Program-made: the position numbers and the translations under genes | Assembly (NCBI GenBank): GCA_002104905.1 | Contig: MCFE01000833.1 | Location: forward strand, 1 to 32,170 | Reading direction: 5' to 3' | Length of the DNA stretch: 32,170 nt | Source: Basidiobolus meristosporus CBS 931.73 | Taxonomy: Eukaryota > Fungi > Basidiobolomycota | In this document: one piece after another, positions 29,901 to 32,170 of the stretch | How positions within the stretch are numbered: position 1 is the first letter of the stretch | How the letters are laid out: every line of letters starts with the position of its first letter | The notes under the pieces: model-generated | The model's input: only the letters and a program-made list of their open reading frames with translations | Databases searched by the model: none | What the model was told of the DNA's origin: nothing

Positions 29901-31617
29901 CCAAATTAGCTGGGGGAGCAATTTTCACTCCAGAAATTAGCTGATCTTTGATCATTTTACGCAAATAATCAAAATTGATGTGTCCAAATCTCCTGTGCCA
30001 AAGCATTGGTGTTTCTTCATTCAAGTTACTTATATTGGCTTCCAGATATGATGGAATATAAGTCAACTTGTATGGATTCTGATCTCTGATGCTTGAAGCA
30101 ATATGAGCACCATTTTGATCAGTGATCCTGCATCCAGAATTGTCAAAACTGAAACTGAGTCCTTCTGCTGTGGCCTTGCTTACAGAGAGTAGGTTCTTGG
30201 CTATTTCTGGTACATAGAGTACTTCTTTAAAGGTCAGTGTATGGCTTCCTTCACTGCGTCTAAGGTTTACTTGGATAGTTCCTTCTCCCACTGCATCAAG
30301 TTTTCTATCGTCACCCATGAAAACCTTCTTAATTGGAATTTCTTGATATTGGGTAAAAAGTTCTTTTTGGTGTGTAAAGTGTTGAGAAGCTCCAGAGTCA
30401 ATATACCACGTCTGAGAATCCTTGTTTGTGGTCATATTTAGTGCAGATATGAATAGTCTATCCTCAGTTGTTGCAGCATTTCCATATTCAGGCTTCTTTT
30501 GCTGATAATCTCTCTTTTTGAAACACCGGTCTGATGTGTGTCCTTTCCTTTTGCAGTAGTTGCAAAATAGGTTGCTGTTGCCTTTGTAGGGTCTTGGGTA
30601 CCTCCTTTGTTGGTTATCATTGCTTATTAAAGCATTTTCTTCTTCCTTCTTATTGGCGCTTGATTTTCTTAATTCTTCATCCAGGAGCCTTCCATATACG
30701 TAATTTAAGGTCAAATCTTCAGTTCTGGACTCTAGGGCTGATACAAGGCCCTGAAACTTGTCTGTCAGGCTATTCAGGATGGTAACTATCACATCCTCAT
30801 CAGTAGTTGGTACGCCCACAGATTCCATCTCATCTACCAGCAGGGTAATTCTGTTAATTAGATTTTTCATTTCATCTCCTGGCAGCATCTTTGTAGTAAA
30901 GAATTTTCTTCTCAGATACATTTTCTTGGCAGCTGAACATGACTGGTAGGTGTCTTCTAATGCCTTCCAGGCATTCTTTGCTGTTTTTGCTCTTGAGCAT
31001 TGAATTGCAATTTGTCCTTGACATTAAGGCAAATGCAGTTAAAGGCACTTTGTTCTTTCTTCTGGTACTTTAAGGCTTCCTCTCCCACGTTTTTAGGCAG
31101 GCATTCTTCTCCCATGACAATATCCCAAAGGCCTCTTTCTTGTAGCAGCATCTTCATCTTCACCTTCCACACTTGGTAGTTAGATCCATCCAACTTTTCA
31201 GCAGAGGGAAAAGTTCCAGTAATAGGAGTAGTAGACATTGTAGAGAGTGATAGCTTGGGGCTCATAACCTGTTGTAAGAGTCTTGGAGATATTGGAAGTG
31301 ATTGGGAGAACAAGTAGATTATGTGGTTTTCACTTAATGATTTATTGAATGTAAAAGTAGTATTTATACTTTACATGGTCTTGGCATAGCAAACACGTAG
31401 AATGGGCTAAGGAAGGTCCCAAGAGCATGTGTGCAAAGTTTGGGGCTGTTTGGACAACTTTGAGAATTTTCATGTTCTGGGTACCTGGTATTTTGGTGAA
31501 AATATTCTAAGTAAATCCCAACAAGGAATTTGGTCAGTATTCTCTAGAATATGAAGGTAATGATCTAAGTGACTAAGTTAGGTGAATATTTAGGTGGAAA
31601 TACAAATTTTTACAACA
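26934..31617 (-). mobile_element. Ty1/copia element 3, structurally complete 4684 bp with TSD GAACA (5' LTR-G 31270-31617, 3' LTR-F 26934-27282)
   Basis: GAACA at 26929-26933 and 31618-31622; PBS 31258-31269; PPT 27283-27291; all copia domains in order. Confidence 0.97.
27310..31265 (-). pseudogene. gag-pol pseudogene of element 3
   Basis: Frameshift ~31015, TAG at 29347, frameshift ~28585, TGA at 27435 in HHFI(R)E before the final ADIFTK motif. Confidence 0.9.
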
Positions 31618-31800
31618 GAACAGACAGGCCTCAGGGCCATGTATCCACCCCCAAGTCCAGCACTGAAGACCTGACCTCAAGGTATGTATATGAAAGGCTC
31701 CTGGATCTCTACAAAATGTAACTTGGCTCTACAGGTGGATCCAATTCAGATCAGCCATTGGATCCTGTTATGAGGTCATTATAATGCCAGCAGGAGGGAA
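31618..31800 (+). mobile_element. Continuation of the old gag remnant interrupted by element 3
   Basis: actgaagacctgacctcaaggtatgtatatgaaaggctcctggat aligns with gag TEDLTLNYVYGRLLD, collinear with 26480-26933. Confidence 0.7.
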
Positions 31801-32170
31801 ATATAGAAGCTCTTACTATCTCAAAGCAGGATTATGGTGGTGTATTGCTGATTTTGCTACTAACTAGGTTAATAAGCTTGATGGTGTTTAAGTGGTCCTT
31901 TTGTGGGACTTGCATGGCAATCTAACGGCCTTATTGCAGTCTGCACTAACTTAAGCAGACCCAGCCTGCTAATATATGCAAATGCCATATATGAAAAGAA
32001 ACTTGGCAGTGCTTTGATGTCCTCAATATAGACTTCTGTGTGCATTAAAACAGCAGTGCTGCTGCCCTCAGTTAGTTGTGTAGAATGATACCCTGCCCAC
32101 TATACCAAATGGTATTTCTGTTTGCTACCTCCCCTTTCACAGTTCTTATACTCCATTGTGGAATCATCCC

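Overview
Eukaryotic (fungal) genomic DNA with ~70-nt GT-AG introns, CTAAC-type branch points, TATA boxes and a U6 snRNA gene. An early-diverging fungus, possibly Zoopagomycota such as Basidiobolus, is my inference only. The window has two compartments. (1) ~480-14900 is a CpG-rich gene island. It holds a small secreted Kre9/KNH-like Ig-fold protein, an intronless bacterial-type DUF3291 gene, U6 snRNA with an unusual 3' hairpin, a 3-exon 447-aa helical-repeat protein, an intronless 1197-aa Cu(I) P1B-ATPase with four HMA domains, an orphan 89-aa ORF, a secreted YkwD-type CAP protein and an unexplained stem-rich tract at ~14000-14500. (2) ~14900-32170 is an AT-rich, CpG-depleted nest of one Ty1/copia family (~350-bp TGTTGTAA...TTACAACA LTRs, half-tRNAi-Met PBS). 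It contains three recent but dead copies, a solo LTR and older remnants, invaded by a 734-bp foldback element with 344-bp inverted arms and a 1.24-kb foreign LTR-like insert carrying a hairpin/G4 minisatellite. No intact transposon ORF is present. All alignments and foldings were done by eye; no database search was run.
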